The notes under the pieces were generated by a model. It searched no databases and was not told the origin of the DNA. It was given only the letters and a program-made list of their open reading frames with translations. The translations under genes and the position numbers were made by a program. From an uncultured Gemmatimonadaceae bacterium (GTDB taxonomy: Bacteria > Gemmatimonadota > Gemmatimonadetes > Gemmatimonadales > Gemmatimonadaceae), in NCBI GenBank assembly GCA_963790305.1, contig CAWBOC010000009.1, positions 736,001 through 800,000 on the forward strand: DNA of 64,000 bases, given 5' to 3'. Positions within the stretch are counted from its first letter, which is position 1. Every line of letters begins with the position of its first letter. This document shows, one piece after another, positions 1-10,399 of the stretch.

Positions 1-642
1 CTTGAGATCACGGTGCACGATGCCGGCGCGATGGGCGGCGTGCAGGCCCCGCGCGATCTGTACCGCGATGGCGAGTGCATCGGCGATCGGCAGCGGGCCC
101 AGGCGCGCAATGCGCGCCTTCAGCGTCTCACCCTCGTACAGCGGCATGGCGAGGAAGAGCTGCCCGTCAGCCGTCTCGCCCGCCTCGTAGATGCTACAGA
201 TGTTCGAGTGATCGAGTGCGGCCGCCGCGCGGGCCTCGCGCAGGAACCGCTCGCGCACCTGCGGGTCGAGCTGTTGCCCTGGGAGCGGAAACTTGAGCGC
301 GACGGGGCGCCCGAGCTGGGTGTCGGTCGCTCGATAGACCACGCCCATGCCCCCGGCCGCCAGCGGCTCGACGATGCGGAAGTGGGCAATCGTTAGGCCG
401 ACGAGCTTCAGCACGTCGCCGCGCGCCGGAGGAACGGTCCCGAATATCGCGTCGAGTGGTCTGAGGCTGCAGTCGGAGCTCCCGTCCGCTTCGAGTAGCG
501 CTTCGAGTGCGCGCCGGGCAGCCGGGTCGGCGGCGCCGATGGCCGCAAGTCTTTCGGCTCGTGCGCCGGTATCCAGCTCCACGAGCGCATCGAACGCGGC
601 GCACAGCTCCGCCCACTGCACTGGATCGGAGGCCTGGGTCAT
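1..642 (-). CDS. Ser/Thr protein kinase (Hanks type), N-terminal part; runs off window start
   Basis: Not in ORF track. Hand translation from ATG 642: MTQASDPVQWAELC...LAAGGMGVVYRATDTQLGRPVALKF...RFLREARAAAALDHSNI...GIVHRDLK. Confidence 0.92.
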   Translation of the reverse strand, partial: MTQASDPVQWAELCAAFDALVELDTGARAERLAAIGAADPAARRALEALLEADGSSDCSLRPLDAIFGTVPPARGDVLKLVGLTIAHFRIVEPLAAGGMGVVYRATDTQLGRPVALKFPLPGQQLDPQVRERFLREARAAAALDHSNICSIYEAGETADGQLFLAMPLYEGETLKARIARLGPLPIADALAIAVQIARGLHAAHRAGIVHRDLK

Positions 643-831
643 TCCGCGAAGCGGAGGAAGGTCAGGATCCCGCTGAAAGAGATAGTAAGGCGGACGGTCG
701 ACCTGCGCCAATACGAATGTCCGCCTGCATCTCGTGAGCCGATTTGCCCGTGGATTCCGCTACACAGGCAGACCGCTCTCACCATTGGAGGCGACACCAT
801 GCTCACCGGACCTCACGCCACTCGTCGAACC

Positions 832-1833
832 ATGATCCGGCTCGTTATCCTGTCCTTCTGTGCAGCCGTGCTTCCCGCGGCGTGCGACGCCGGACGAGAC
901 CCGACCGCACCGGCTCCGGCCCTGAGGGCCAGCGTCACCGGTTCCGCCACTGGCGATCCGATCATCGGAGACGTGTTCGAGTTCGCCGAATTCGCCCTGT
1001 ACGTGCCGGCGAGTCCCACCATCGTCCGTGGAGTCCTCATCGCGTTAGGCGGGCCGGACACGAGAGCATTCGCGACCGGGAAACGGTTTGGCGCACCGAT
1101 GCCGGCGGTCGAGGCGTCGCTGCAGCTGCTCGGCCAGGGGTTCCGGACCATGGCGTCCAGCCACGGACTCGCGGTCCTCGGGACCTCGCGGGCCGCGATG
1201 GCGAATGGTCCCGCCAGTGATCAGCTTCTCCGCGCCGCCGTTGAGACAGCGGCGGTGAGGAGCGGCCGCCCCGAGCTTCCATTCACTCCCATGCTCATGT
1301 ACGGCTTATCGGGTGGGGCGCCCCAGGCCTCCGGCTTCACTGCCAGAAATCCCGAATCAGTCGCCGGTCTGTTTCTGAAAGTTCCGGCCAGCGTGTCGTC
1401 ATTGACGAGCGGTGATGCGCTGAGAGTCCCGACCTATGTCGTCCTGGCCGAGCTCGATGTCTTCGTGAACAACGCGACGCTCACGGCGGCGTTCGAGAGC
1501 AACCGGCGCGCCGGGGCGATCTGGGCGCTGGCAAAGGAGCTCGGTGTGCCTCACCACTCGCTCTCATCAGTTCAACGCGAGGTGACGCTCAACTGGATGC
1601 GCACCGTACTCGAACGTCGTCTGTTGCCCGTCCACGCGCAGGGCCCGCTCCGCAAAATGGTCGAGCCCACCGGGTGGCTCGGGGACCGAGCAACGGGCGA
1701 GGCGGCGCCGTGGGCCAAATACGCGGGAGATCGTGCGTCGGCCAGTTGGCTTCCGTCAGAGAGCGCTGCGATGGAGTGGGAAGCGCTCGTCGCACCGCCG
1801 ACAATCACCGTGAGCCAGTCGCCCACGCCGTGA
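832..1833 (+). CDS. Putative lipoprotein, alpha/beta-hydrolase-like
   Basis: Lipobox-like LPAAC, GLSGG nucleophile-elbow-like motif, later D and H; start may be 799. Confidence 0.6.
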   Translation: MIRLVILSFCAAVLPAACDAGRDPTAPAPALRASVTGSATGDPIIGDVFEFAEFALYVPASPTIVRGVLIALGGPDTRAFATGKRFGAPMPAVEASLQLLGQGFRTMASSHGLAVLGTSRAAMANGPASDQLLRAAVETAAVRSGRPELPFTPMLMYGLSGGAPQASGFTARNPESVAGLFLKVPASVSSLTSGDALRVPTYVVLAELDVFVNNATLTAAFESNRRAGAIWALAKELGVPHHSLSSVQREVTLNWMRTVLERRLLPVHAQGPLRKMVEPTGWLGDRATGEAAPWAKYAGDRASASWLPSESAAMEWEALVAPPTITVSQSPTP

Positions 1834-4132
1834 TGCTGAGCCCGATCGACATCGCGCGCGGTGATCCCGATTCGTAAAAGCGGCCGACGCCCTCGTTTGC
1901 CAGGACGTTGCCGGCGTACCTGAGTCCGAAGAGATTCTCCACGCCGCCGAACAGCGTGGCCGGGCCCAGTCGCCACGCGGCGTTGATGTGCAGCAGGGCC
2001 CGCGCCGGTACGGCGCGAAAGGGCACCTGCTGCACAGCCGCGCCCGGCCGAAAGTACCAGATGCCCGCATCGGTGTTGCCACTCTCGACGTACACGATGC
2101 TCTGCCACTCGACCTGCACCCCGAAGTCCAGCGCAGGCGCCGGCCTGACGCGAGCCTCGCCGGTGAGTCGGTGCCTCGGCACCCCAGGGAGCAGCTTGCC
2201 GGAGAAATCAGTCTCCTGAAACGTTCCAGTAGAATCCGGGACAAACGAGGTATAGTCCCGCATCCGGAGATCCAGGAACGAATAGCTGGCCACAAGCTCG
2301 ACGTGGCGTGTCGCGCGCGTGGTCACGCCCAGCTCGACGCCAATGTTGCGTGAGCGGCTGGCGTTCTCCGGGTTGCTCACGTTGTCGATCGTGCGGGGAA
2401 CGAACTCTCCCCGAACATCGGCGTAGAAGACTGACCCTTCGAGCAGCGCGCGATCGCCCACAATGCGCCGCGCGCCCACCTCGTAGTTCCACAGCGATTT
2501 TGGACGCAACGACAGGGAGAGCTGGCCGGCGGGATTCTGCGAGAGCTCGCCGATGGCGGGGACCTCGAGGCCCCGCCCCACCGACGTGTAAAGCGACATC
2601 GCGGAGTCGAGTCTCCATACGGCGGACAGTTTGGGCGAGAGCTGGTCGAACGTTGTCGCTTGCTCCGCGATGGACGCATAGCTCTCGAAGCGGTACGTGA
2701 CCCGGTCGTACCGCACACCAAGGGTCACACCGGCCACGCGCGTCGCCCGCCACTCGATCTGCGAGTAGGCCCCGAGGTTCGGAACGCGGAAATATCCGTC
2801 GTCATACATCGGGCCGCGGACGCCGCTGTCGTTCACCCACCGCTGATCCCGGCCGAAGATGTTGTCGTAGTCGAGCCCGATGGTCGCGTCAACGGGCGAG
2901 CGGGCAATCCGGTCCGCCCGGAGCCGCGCCCCGCCCTGAATCCGATGGAAATTGCCGTCTACGATCCCCATCACGGTGGGAAAGCGGAGGGTGCGGCCGC
3001 CGTAGAAGAAGTGCCCGCTCGCGATCCCGTTCCCGACGACCTGTTCCACGCGGGCGCCAGCACGCCAGCGATTGTCGCCGCGCCCCAATCCGAACGTCAC
3101 GGCGGTTGGCGCCGCATCATCAGGATTGGCGTCGAACTGTGGCTGGTTCTGGGAACCCGGCAGCCGTACGTCGAGACGCGAGCCGTTGGCCTGGATGGCG
3201 ATGCGTGTCCCGGGCGAGGCGACGTAGTCGAATGCCACCTGCGCACGCACGACGTCGCCGTCGCTGTGTCCCCGGTATCCGTCCGCCGATGTGTACGAAC
3301 CCGCAGCAAATCCGCTTGCCCGGCCGCTCGCGAACACCCCGCCCGCACGGCCATCGTACTTCTGGAGCCCGAAGGCACCCCCCATGGCACGAACGGAGAT
3401 GCCGCGGCTGTCGCGCCCCGTACGCGACAGCACGTTCACCACGCCGTTCGGCGAGCCGGCGTACAGCGCGGAGACGGGGCCACGCACCACTTCGACCTGT
3501 CGTGAGGCTGCGAGCTCGATGAGGTCGAGGCGTGCCACTCCGTCGGACTCGGTGAGCGGGATGCCGTCGAGGAGCACCGCGACACCGCGCACCGCCTGTG
3601 ACGCGCGCGATGCCGACCCGCGGATGCCGATTCTCACATCCTCCATGCCGCCGTAGCGCGAGACCACCTGCACCCCTGGCATCATCCTGAGCGTTTCGTG
3701 CAACCCGACGGTCCGGGCGCGACGAATGGCCGACGTATCGGCGACGGAAACCGCTGCCGCCACCTCGCTCACGCTCCGGGCATCCCGCGTGGCCGACGTG
3801 ACGATCGGGTCCAGGATGGCGGCGACGGGCTCAAGCGGTATCTCGACCGCTGTGATCGCGTTCGCGCGCACCTGAAGCACAACCACGACCGGAGCGAACC
3901 CAACGAGACGCACCGCCACCTGCACCTGACCCGCGGGCAGATCGCGAAACTCGAAGAACCCTCCCGCGTCGGTGCGCGTCCTGGCGCCTAACGGGCGCAG
4001 CTCGAGGTGTGCATCGCCCAGCCCGACGGGCCGGTCGGTGCGAACAACATGGCCTTGTATGATGCCGCCCTGTGCGGCCAGGCGTGTGACAGCAGCCGCC
4101 AGGAGGATCGCGACAGCCGTAACCCGGATCAT
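1805..4132 (-). CDS. TonB-dependent receptor with N-terminal carboxypeptidase-regulatory-like domain
   Basis: Signal peptide MIRVTAVAILLAA; plug motifs IRG, LLDGIP, VEVVRGPVSALYAG..GVVN; barrel-type C-terminus ENLFG. Confidence 0.9.
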   Translation of the reverse strand: MIRVTAVAILLAAAVTRLAAQGGIIQGHVVRTDRPVGLGDAHLELRPLGARTRTDAGGFFEFRDLPAGQVQVAVRLVGFAPVVVVLQVRANAITAVEIPLEPVAAILDPIVTSATRDARSVSEVAAAVSVADTSAIRRARTVGLHETLRMMPGVQVVSRYGGMEDVRIGIRGSASRASQAVRGVAVLLDGIPLTESDGVARLDLIELAASRQVEVVRGPVSALYAGSPNGVVNVLSRTGRDSRGISVRAMGGAFGLQKYDGRAGGVFASGRASGFAAGSYTSADGYRGHSDGDVVRAQVAFDYVASPGTRIAIQANGSRLDVRLPGSQNQPQFDANPDDAAPTAVTFGLGRGDNRWRAGARVEQVVGNGIASGHFFYGGRTLRFPTVMGIVDGNFHRIQGGARLRADRIARSPVDATIGLDYDNIFGRDQRWVNDSGVRGPMYDDGYFRVPNLGAYSQIEWRATRVAGVTLGVRYDRVTYRFESYASIAEQATTFDQLSPKLSAVWRLDSAMSLYTSVGRGLEVPAIGELSQNPAGQLSLSLRPKSLWNYEVGARRIVGDRALLEGSVFYADVRGEFVPRTIDNVSNPENASRSRNIGVELGVTTRATRHVELVASYSFLDLRMRDYTSFVPDSTGTFQETDFSGKLLPGVPRHRLTGEARVRPAPALDFGVQVEWQSIVYVESGNTDAGIWYFRPGAAVQQVPFRAVPARALLHINAAWRLGPATLFGGVENLFGLRYAGNVLANEGVGRFYESGSPRAMSIGLSITAWATGSR

Positions 4133-4238
4133 TCTCGAGAAGCGGAGGAAGGTCAACGTGGTGCTACGGGAGACAGTATGGCGCTTGACCGGCCGGCGAA
4201 AGAAGGGAGCGAGCTGTCTAGCTGAGCAACTCGCTTCG

Positions 4239-5024
4239 TTATGCTCCGCCGGCCCCCGTCCGCTTCCGCGCGATGGCCCTCGCCGGCGCTCCTTCGTGCC
4301 CGGCAACCTTGAGAGGTAGCACGATCACATCGTAGTCACCCGCCTGCACGGCACGCAGGTCGAGTCCCTCCACGATCGGAATTTCGCGCCCGAGCAGGAT
4401 CTGGTGCGTCCGCGGTGCCGGAGCGCCGAATTGCTCCGCCGAGATGTAGTCGACGCCGACGAGCACGACGCCCGCGTCGGCGAGGAGCTGCGCAGCGTCC
4501 GGTGCGATGTACGCGAAATCCTTGTGAAACTCCCGTGAGTCCATCCAGCCGCGATGCGAGCTGCGCGTGCGGAACAGCACGCGCCTGGCGCTCCTCCAGT
4601 CGTGTCGGTTCAACTCGGCCGCGTCGATCGCCTGCACGCTGTCGGGGATCTCGATCACTCGCGCTCCGCCGATCAACCTGTCCAGCGGCACCCGGTCGAT
4701 CGGTGCGGCGTTGGCGATGAAATGCATCGGCGCGTCGATGTGCGTCCCGCTGTGCGCGCCCATCGAGAAGGCCGACAGCGTCACGAAATCGCCCGTCCGC
4801 ATGTGTCTGAGGAAATCGAACTTCATCGGCGCGTCGCCTTCGTACACCGGAGTCTTCGCCGGATCGAGCGTCGCCGAGATATCGATCCACCCCTGGCTGC
4901 TCAACTCACCCGTCGCCGTGGTATCGGTCGTGTCCTGCTTGCGGGGAGCACACGCCAACAGCCCGAGAGCCACGGCGACCACTATGCCCCGTACACCAGG
5001 GATCGCGGAGGCGCCGCGTCTCAC
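4239..5024 (-). CDS. Cyclase family metallohydrolase (kynurenine formamidase-like) with lipoprotein signal
   Basis: [30 protein letters not shown]; lipobox LLAC; GTGA overlap with upstream stop. Confidence 0.85.
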   Translation of the reverse strand: MRRGASAIPGVRGIVVAVALGLLACAPRKQDTTDTTATGELSSQGWIDISATLDPAKTPVYEGDAPMKFDFLRHMRTGDFVTLSAFSMGAHSGTHIDAPMHFIANAAPIDRVPLDRLIGGARVIEIPDSVQAIDAAELNRHDWRSARRVLFRTRSSHRGWMDSREFHKDFAYIAPDAAQLLADAGVVLVGVDYISAEQFGAPAPRTHQILLGREIPIVEGLDLRAVQAGDYDVIVLPLKVAGHEGAPARAIARKRTGAGGA

Positions 5025-6607
5025 AGCGTCCAACCCGGCCGGTATTCGCGCGTGAGATGCGCGTTCGCCGCCTCATTGTTGGTGACCTTCATGTTCTGGC
5101 CGTCGTACAGGATCTTCCGCCCCTGCCCAGCACGCAGGGCGACGATGCCGAGGAGCATGACTTCCGTCAGCGGGGCGGCATAGTCGAATGGGCAGCTCGC
5201 GGTGGTCTCGCCCTTACACGCCTGCACCCAGTTGACCTCGTGAGACACTTCGATCCGTGGAACGGTCTTCGGCACGCTCTCGGCTCGCTTCGCCAGGGCC
5301 GCCGGATATACCGTGGGATTATTGCCATACGTCTCGTACGTGAGAATCCCGCGATCCCCGATGAACACGCCGCCGCCGCCGTCGCCCGTCGGCAGCGTGA
5401 CGTCGTCAGGCAGGAACGGCGGACGCATGGGCATGAGCCCCCCATCGTACCAGTACATGGTGAGCGCGGGACGCGCCGGTGTCCGCCCCACGGCCCGCTG
5501 CGCCGGGAAGACGTACCTGGCGGTCATGGCCGCGGGGTACGAAGCCGGATCGTTAGGTGGACCGCCCCACGCGGTCGAGGTCGCCTCGACGCTGGTGGGG
5601 TACGTGAGCCCGAGCGCCCAGTACGGCTGATCGATCAGATGGGCGCCCATGTCGCCAATGGCGCTCACACCAAAATCCACCCAGCCGCGCCAGCTGAACG
5701 GGTGATATGCCGGGTGGTAGGGGACCTGTTTCGCGGGACCGAGAAAGAGGTCCCAATTCAGCCCCTCTGGCGGCGTCTGGGGATTCGCCGCCATTTCCTT
5801 GAGAATCGCGCGCTCCACGGTGCGGACGTTCCACCGCGGCGGAATGGGAACCGGCGGAGACGGTGGCGACGCGGCCGCCTGGGCTTGCGCCGCCTGCTGC
5901 GCCGCGTCCTGCCCGGGCCGCGGAATGCCCTGGGCCCAGAATCGCTGCGGACGGTCGGTCCAGATGTGCACTTCGCGAATCGGCCCCAGAATGCCAGCCC
6001 CGATCAACTCCTTGATGCGACGCGTACCTTCCATCGAGTGACCCTGATTTCCCATTTGGGTCACCACACGGGTCTCCTTGGCCGTCTGCGCCAACACACG
6101 CGCTTCATGAACCGAATACGTGAGCGGCTTCTGCACGTACACGTGCTTTCCTGCTTTCATGGCCATGTTCGCGATCACCGCGTGCGTGTGATCGGGGGTC
6201 CCGATCACGACCGCGTCGATGTCCCTCTGCTTTTCGAGCATCTCCCGGAAGTCGGCGTACTTCACCGCCTTGGTGTAAATCTCCTGGAGCTTGCGCGACT
6301 CCGTCATCCGCTCGGCTTCGCGCGCGGCATCCACCTGGGGCCCCTGCCGCGGCCGCAGCCTGCCTTCCAGCGCACGCTCTACGTAGGGGAAGTCGACATC
6401 ACAGATCGCAACGATGTTCTCGCTGAAGAGCCGCGACATGTTGCTCATCCCCATCCCGCCAGCTCCCACGATCGCGATGTTCAACGTCGCGCTGGGTGCC
6501 TGGAAGCCTCGACCACCAAGGATGTGTCTCGGGAGAATCATGGCTCCGAGTGCCACCTTGGTAGTGTCGGTGATGAAGTCGCGGCGAGTTGGGTGGTGAG
6601 GTGACAT
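5021..6607 (-). CDS. Gfo/Idh/MocA family oxidoreductase, Tat-like signal
   Basis: [38 protein letters not shown]. Confidence 0.92.
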   Translation of the reverse strand: MSPHHPTRRDFITDTTKVALGAMILPRHILGGRGFQAPSATLNIAIVGAGGMGMSNMSRLFSENIVAICDVDFPYVERALEGRLRPRQGPQVDAAREAERMTESRKLQEIYTKAVKYADFREMLEKQRDIDAVVIGTPDHTHAVIANMAMKAGKHVYVQKPLTYSVHEARVLAQTAKETRVVTQMGNQGHSMEGTRRIKELIGAGILGPIREVHIWTDRPQRFWAQGIPRPGQDAAQQAAQAQAAASPPSPPVPIPPRWNVRTVERAILKEMAANPQTPPEGLNWDLFLGPAKQVPYHPAYHPFSWRGWVDFGVSAIGDMGAHLIDQPYWALGLTYPTSVEATSTAWGGPPNDPASYPAAMTARYVFPAQRAVGRTPARPALTMYWYDGGLMPMRPPFLPDDVTLPTGDGGGGVFIGDRGILTYETYGNNPTVYPAALAKRAESVPKTVPRIEVSHEVNWVQACKGETTASCPFDYAAPLTEVMLLGIVALRAGQGRKILYDGQNMKVTNNEAANAHLTREYRPGWTL

Positions 6608-6688
6608 GGCCAGCGTCTCCCTGAATGGTTGAGGAGTATTCGGTCGACAACGTATCACTGTGAGAGCCCGATCGGCGAGGAGGTCCTG

Positions 6689-7489
6689 ATGGACAGTCGA
6701 GAACGGATGGGCAAGAGCGTCGCCACGCTCGTCGTGCTCGCCGCGTTTGTCGTGGCGTATCGCTGCGACGCGCAGCAGCGGTCCCCTGCGCCCGCGATCG
6801 CGTGGCCGATCCACGATACGACTCGCGCGCAACCACGCGTGGTGGACCCTGGTCCGCCTGCGTTTTCAACACGGGCGCCGTCGGACGCCATCGTGCTCTT
6901 CGACGGGCGCGATGCGTCGGAGTGGCGGACCGGGGACGGCGGCCCATCACGATGGAAGGTCGAGAATGGGTACATGGAAGTCGTTGGCAAAGCGGGCGGC
7001 ATCGCGACCGTGCGCGCGTTTGGCGACTGTCAGCTGCACCTCGAGTGGGCGGCGCCTCTCCAGCCCGTGGGCTCGGGCCAGGCGCGCGGCAATAGCGGCG
7101 TGTTCCTGATGGGGAGATACGAGGTGCAGGTGCTCGACTCGTATCGAAACAGCACGTATCCGGACGGACAGGCGGCCGCGATCTACGGGCAGTATCCGCC
7201 GCTCGTCAATGTCAGTCGGGCACCCGGTGAATGGCAGGCGTATGACATCATCTTCAGGCGGCCGCGCTTCAATGCACGGGGCGAGATGGTCGAACCGGCC
7301 CGCATCACCGTGATGCACAATGGCGTGCTGGTACAGGATGCCGTCGAACTCACGGGCCCCTCGGGGCATCGAAACCGACCGCCGTACGCGGCGCACCCCG
7401 ACCGGCTTCCGATCGGGCTCCAGGATCACGACAGTCCGGTGCGGTTTCGCAATATCTGGGTGCGGGACCTCGAGGACTCGACGAAATGA
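6689..7489 (+). CDS. DUF1080 / 3-keto-disaccharide hydrolase family protein
   Basis: [33 protein letters not shown]. Confidence 0.9.
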   Translation: MDSRERMGKSVATLVVLAAFVVAYRCDAQQRSPAPAIAWPIHDTTRAQPRVVDPGPPAFSTRAPSDAIVLFDGRDASEWRTGDGGPSRWKVENGYMEVVGKAGGIATVRAFGDCQLHLEWAAPLQPVGSGQARGNSGVFLMGRYEVQVLDSYRNSTYPDGQAAAIYGQYPPLVNVSRAPGEWQAYDIIFRRPRFNARGEMVEPARITVMHNGVLVQDAVELTGPSGHRNRPPYAAHPDRLPIGLQDHDSPVRFRNIWVRDLEDSTK

Positions 7490-8352
7490 CGTCCCATCTC
7501 GCCCGAATTGCCGGGATAACCATGCTCCTTGGTCTGTGCATGGTCTATCCATTTCTTCCCGGGAAGTACGATGCGTTGGCGTTGCCCTTGTCGACGACCG
7601 CTCAGCTGTTCGGAGCGGCCGCCCTGCTGCTCGTCCCGATAGCAGCAGCATGGTCGGTGTATGAAGCGAGGAAGCGAGGAAGAAACAGGGCTACCGCAAC
7701 TGCAGGTCGACGATACCACTTCGCGATGGCTTCGCTGATCGCCGCCTCGATTGCCGTGCCCGCGGCATCTCTTGTCGTATCGTTAGGTATCGGCATCTCC
7801 TTTGGTCTTCTTGCATTGACCCTCTGGGTGTATGCCGTCTATCGGTTGATTCCCAGGGTGCGGCTGCTGAAACGGGCGGAGGACACGAGCGTCAATCCGA
7901 CGCCATTCTATCTCGTCTTCATCCCGATTGCCGTACTGCTCCTTCAAATAACGATTGCCGCTCCCGTGACGGAGCTCAGCCGAAATCACGCGATCACGAA
8001 GAGCGCAGCGTTGATCGACGCCATTGAGAAGCACCATGCCGTACATGGGCGCTATCCGAGCTCTCTGCTGGCCGTTTGGCCGGACTACCATCCATCGGTG
8101 GTTGGCATCCAACAATTCCATTACGCGCCGAGGGGCAACGCATACAATCTGTTTTTCGAGCAGCCGAAGCTTCTGTTCGATGACTTCGGTACCAGAGAGT
8201 TCGTGATGTACAACAAGCTCAATGAGCACGTCATGTCCAGTCACGCCGCGTGGATTCTCGCGTGGACACCGGAGGAGCTGGCCGCACGGCACACATGGTA
8301 CGCCGTCCATGACGCCCCACACCGCCACTGGAAGTACTTTTGGTTTGATTGA
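7486..8352 (+). CDS. Hypothetical membrane protein
   Basis: 288 aa ORF, about 5 hydrophobic segments then soluble domain; ATGA overlap; visibly more AT-rich. Confidence 0.75.
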   Translation: MTSHLARIAGITMLLGLCMVYPFLPGKYDALALPLSTTAQLFGAAALLLVPIAAAWSVYEARKRGRNRATATAGRRYHFAMASLIAASIAVPAASLVVSLGIGISFGLLALTLWVYAVYRLIPRVRLLKRAEDTSVNPTPFYLVFIPIAVLLLQITIAAPVTELSRNHAITKSAALIDAIEKHHAVHGRYPSSLLAVWPDYHPSVVGIQQFHYAPRGNAYNLFFEQPKLLFDDFGTREFVMYNKLNEHVMSSHAAWILAWTPEELAARHTWYAVHDAPHRHWKYFWFD

Positions 8353-8371
8353 CTGACATCCTGACCGACGG

Positions 8372-8466
8372 CAACGGCAACGGCTTTGAACGCAGAGGAC
8401 GCGGAGTTCGCAGAGGTTTCCCTCCGCGCCCCCCGCGTCCTCTGCGTTAAAAGGCAGTTGCAGTTC
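8372..8466. repeat. Palindromic element A, 9-mer unit CGCRGAGNN
   Basis: AACGCAGAGGACGCGG pairs with CCGCGTCCTCTGCGTT, plus outer GCAACGGC/GCAGTTGC arms; between convergent genes. Confidence 0.85.
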
Positions 8467-8480
8467 TCACAGTCGGCGCG

Positions 8481-9821
8481 CTACACCACCAGACCCAGCA
8501 ACATCGTGAACGCCAGGCCCGCCACGCCAATGATCGTCTCGGCGACCGTCCACGTCTTGAGCGTCTGTGGCACGGTCATGTTGAAGAATTCCTTGATCAG
8601 CCAGAACCCCGAATCGTTCACGTGCGAGAGCACGAGCGAGCCCGCGCCGGTCGCGAGCACCAGCAGCTCGGCGCTCGTTCCGGGCGTCATCAGCGCGATG
8701 GGCGCGACAATGCCCGCGGCGGTCGTCATCGCCACCGTCGCCGAGCCGGTGGCGACGCGGATGAGCGCGGCGATGATCCATGCCAGCAGGAGGGGCGACG
8801 CGTGCGACCCTACCGCCACATCGGCAATCGCCTTCCCCACCCCGCTCTCCAGGAGCACCCGGTTGAATCCGCCGCCGGCGCCGATCACGAGGAGAATGGT
8901 GGCGGTTGGCGCCAGGCAGTCGTTGGTGAACTTGAGGATCTGATCTCGCGTGAAGTGCTGCCGGTATCCCAGCGACCAGAAGGAAAAGAGCAGCGCCACG
9001 AGCAGCGAGACGATCGGGCCTCCGATGAACTCGAGGGTCGTGCGCAGCGTGCTCGTTGACTCGAGCGTCACGGCGGCAATGCTCGCGCACAGCATCAGAA
9101 TCACTGGGAGCAGCACGGTGAACACCGAGATGCCGAACCCCGGCATCTCGCGCGGCGTGCTGCCCTCGAACTGCGCGGCCACCGGGTTGTCCGCGGGAAG
9201 GGCAATGCGCGGCGCAATCCACGAGGCGAAGATCGGGCCGGCCAGCGACGCGGTCGGCAGCCCGACGAGGATGGCATAGGCGATCGTGAGGCCCACGTCA
9301 GCCTGGTACGCGCCGACCGCGAGCATCGCCGCCGGATGCGGGGGGACCAACCCATGCACCACCGAGAGCCCCGCCACCAGCGGGATGCCGATCTTCACCA
9401 GCGACATGCCGGTGCGACGCGCAATCGTGAAGACCAGCGGAATCAGCAGGACGAAACCAACCTGAAAGAACACCGGGATGCCGACGATGAAGGCGACGAA
9501 CATGATCGCCCAGTGCACGCGTCGCTCCCCGAACTTCGCGATGAGCGTTGTCGCGATGCGCGTCGCGCCGCCGGACTCCGCCATCATCTTGCCCAGCATC
9601 GTGCCGAGGCCGACGACGATCGCGATGAAGCCGAGCACGCCGCCCACTCCGTCCTGGAACGCCTTGACGACGCTGCCTAACGGCATTCCCGCCGCGGCCC
9701 CCAGGCCGAGGGAGACCGCGATCAACACGATGAAGGGGTGGATCTTGAAGCGCGCGATCAGGACGATCAGCGCGACTACCGCACCCAGCGCGTAGAGCAG
9801 CAGCAGGGTGTTCGGGCTCAT
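8481..9821 (-). CDS. gntP: Gluconate:H+ symporter, GntP family
   Basis: IPVFFQVGF, VPPHP, RVATGSATVA, SHVNDSGFWL. Confidence 0.92.
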   Translation of the reverse strand: MSPNTLLLLYALGAVVALIVLIARFKIHPFIVLIAVSLGLGAAAGMPLGSVVKAFQDGVGGVLGFIAIVVGLGTMLGKMMAESGGATRIATTLIAKFGERRVHWAIMFVAFIVGIPVFFQVGFVLLIPLVFTIARRTGMSLVKIGIPLVAGLSVVHGLVPPHPAAMLAVGAYQADVGLTIAYAILVGLPTASLAGPIFASWIAPRIALPADNPVAAQFEGSTPREMPGFGISVFTVLLPVILMLCASIAAVTLESTSTLRTTLEFIGGPIVSLLVALLFSFWSLGYRQHFTRDQILKFTNDCLAPTATILLVIGAGGGFNRVLLESGVGKAIADVAVGSHASPLLLAWIIAALIRVATGSATVAMTTAAGIVAPIALMTPGTSAELLVLATGAGSLVLSHVNDSGFWLIKEFFNMTVPQTLKTWTVAETIIGVAGLAFTMLLGLVV

Positions 9822-10327
9822 GCCGAAGCGGTGCGCGCCACGAGACTATCGACGATGACGTCGGGCGCCGCGCTGACATCGCAGACCCAGGCGTGCTCGT
9901 CCGGCGCAGGCTCCTCGAGAATGGAGAACTGGCTGTCGAGCAGCGAGGGCGGCATGAAATGCCCGCTGCGGCGAGCCATGCGCTCCGCGACGAGACCTCG
10001 GCTCCCCGCGAGATAAACGAAGCGCACATCCGCGTCGCCGAGGGAGCGCAACACGTCACGGTAGCTGCGCTTGAGCGCTGAGCAGGAGACTACGAGGCCG
10101 ACCCCTGTGCGCTTCGCCGCGCGGAGTCGGGCCGCGATCGCGAGCAGCCAACCGCGGCGGTCGTCGTCGGTGAGCGGAATCCCGGCCGCCATGCGTCTCA
10201 CGTTCTCCGGGGGATGCAGCTCGTCACCTTCGACGAACTGGATGCCGAGCTCGCGAGCGAGATTCGCTCCGATCAGGCTCTTCCCGGAGCCGCAGACGCC
10301 CATCATCACGTAGAGCCCGGTGTGCAC
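9818..10327 (-). CDS. gntK: Gluconokinase
   Basis: GVCGSGKS, EGDELHP, GIPLTDDDR, CSALKRSYR, HFMPPSLLDSQF. Confidence 0.93.
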   Translation of the reverse strand: MHTGLYVMMGVCGSGKSLIGANLARELGIQFVEGDELHPPENVRRMAAGIPLTDDDRRGWLLAIAARLRAAKRTGVGLVVSCSALKRSYRDVLRSLGDADVRFVYLAGSRGLVAERMARRSGHFMPPSLLDSQFSILEEPAPDEHAWVCDVSAAPDVIVDSLVARTASA

Positions 10328-10399
10328 GGGGACCTATCCTATACCACGGAGGCATTCGGGGCTATTCTGCTGGCCAAGAAACTCTCGGGAGCGGCAACG

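Noticed and set aside
8386..8943. ORFs starting in repeat elements (e.g. MNAEDAEFAE..., 31364, 47655)
   Set aside because: Periodic peptides are translations of DNA repeats and overlap real genes.
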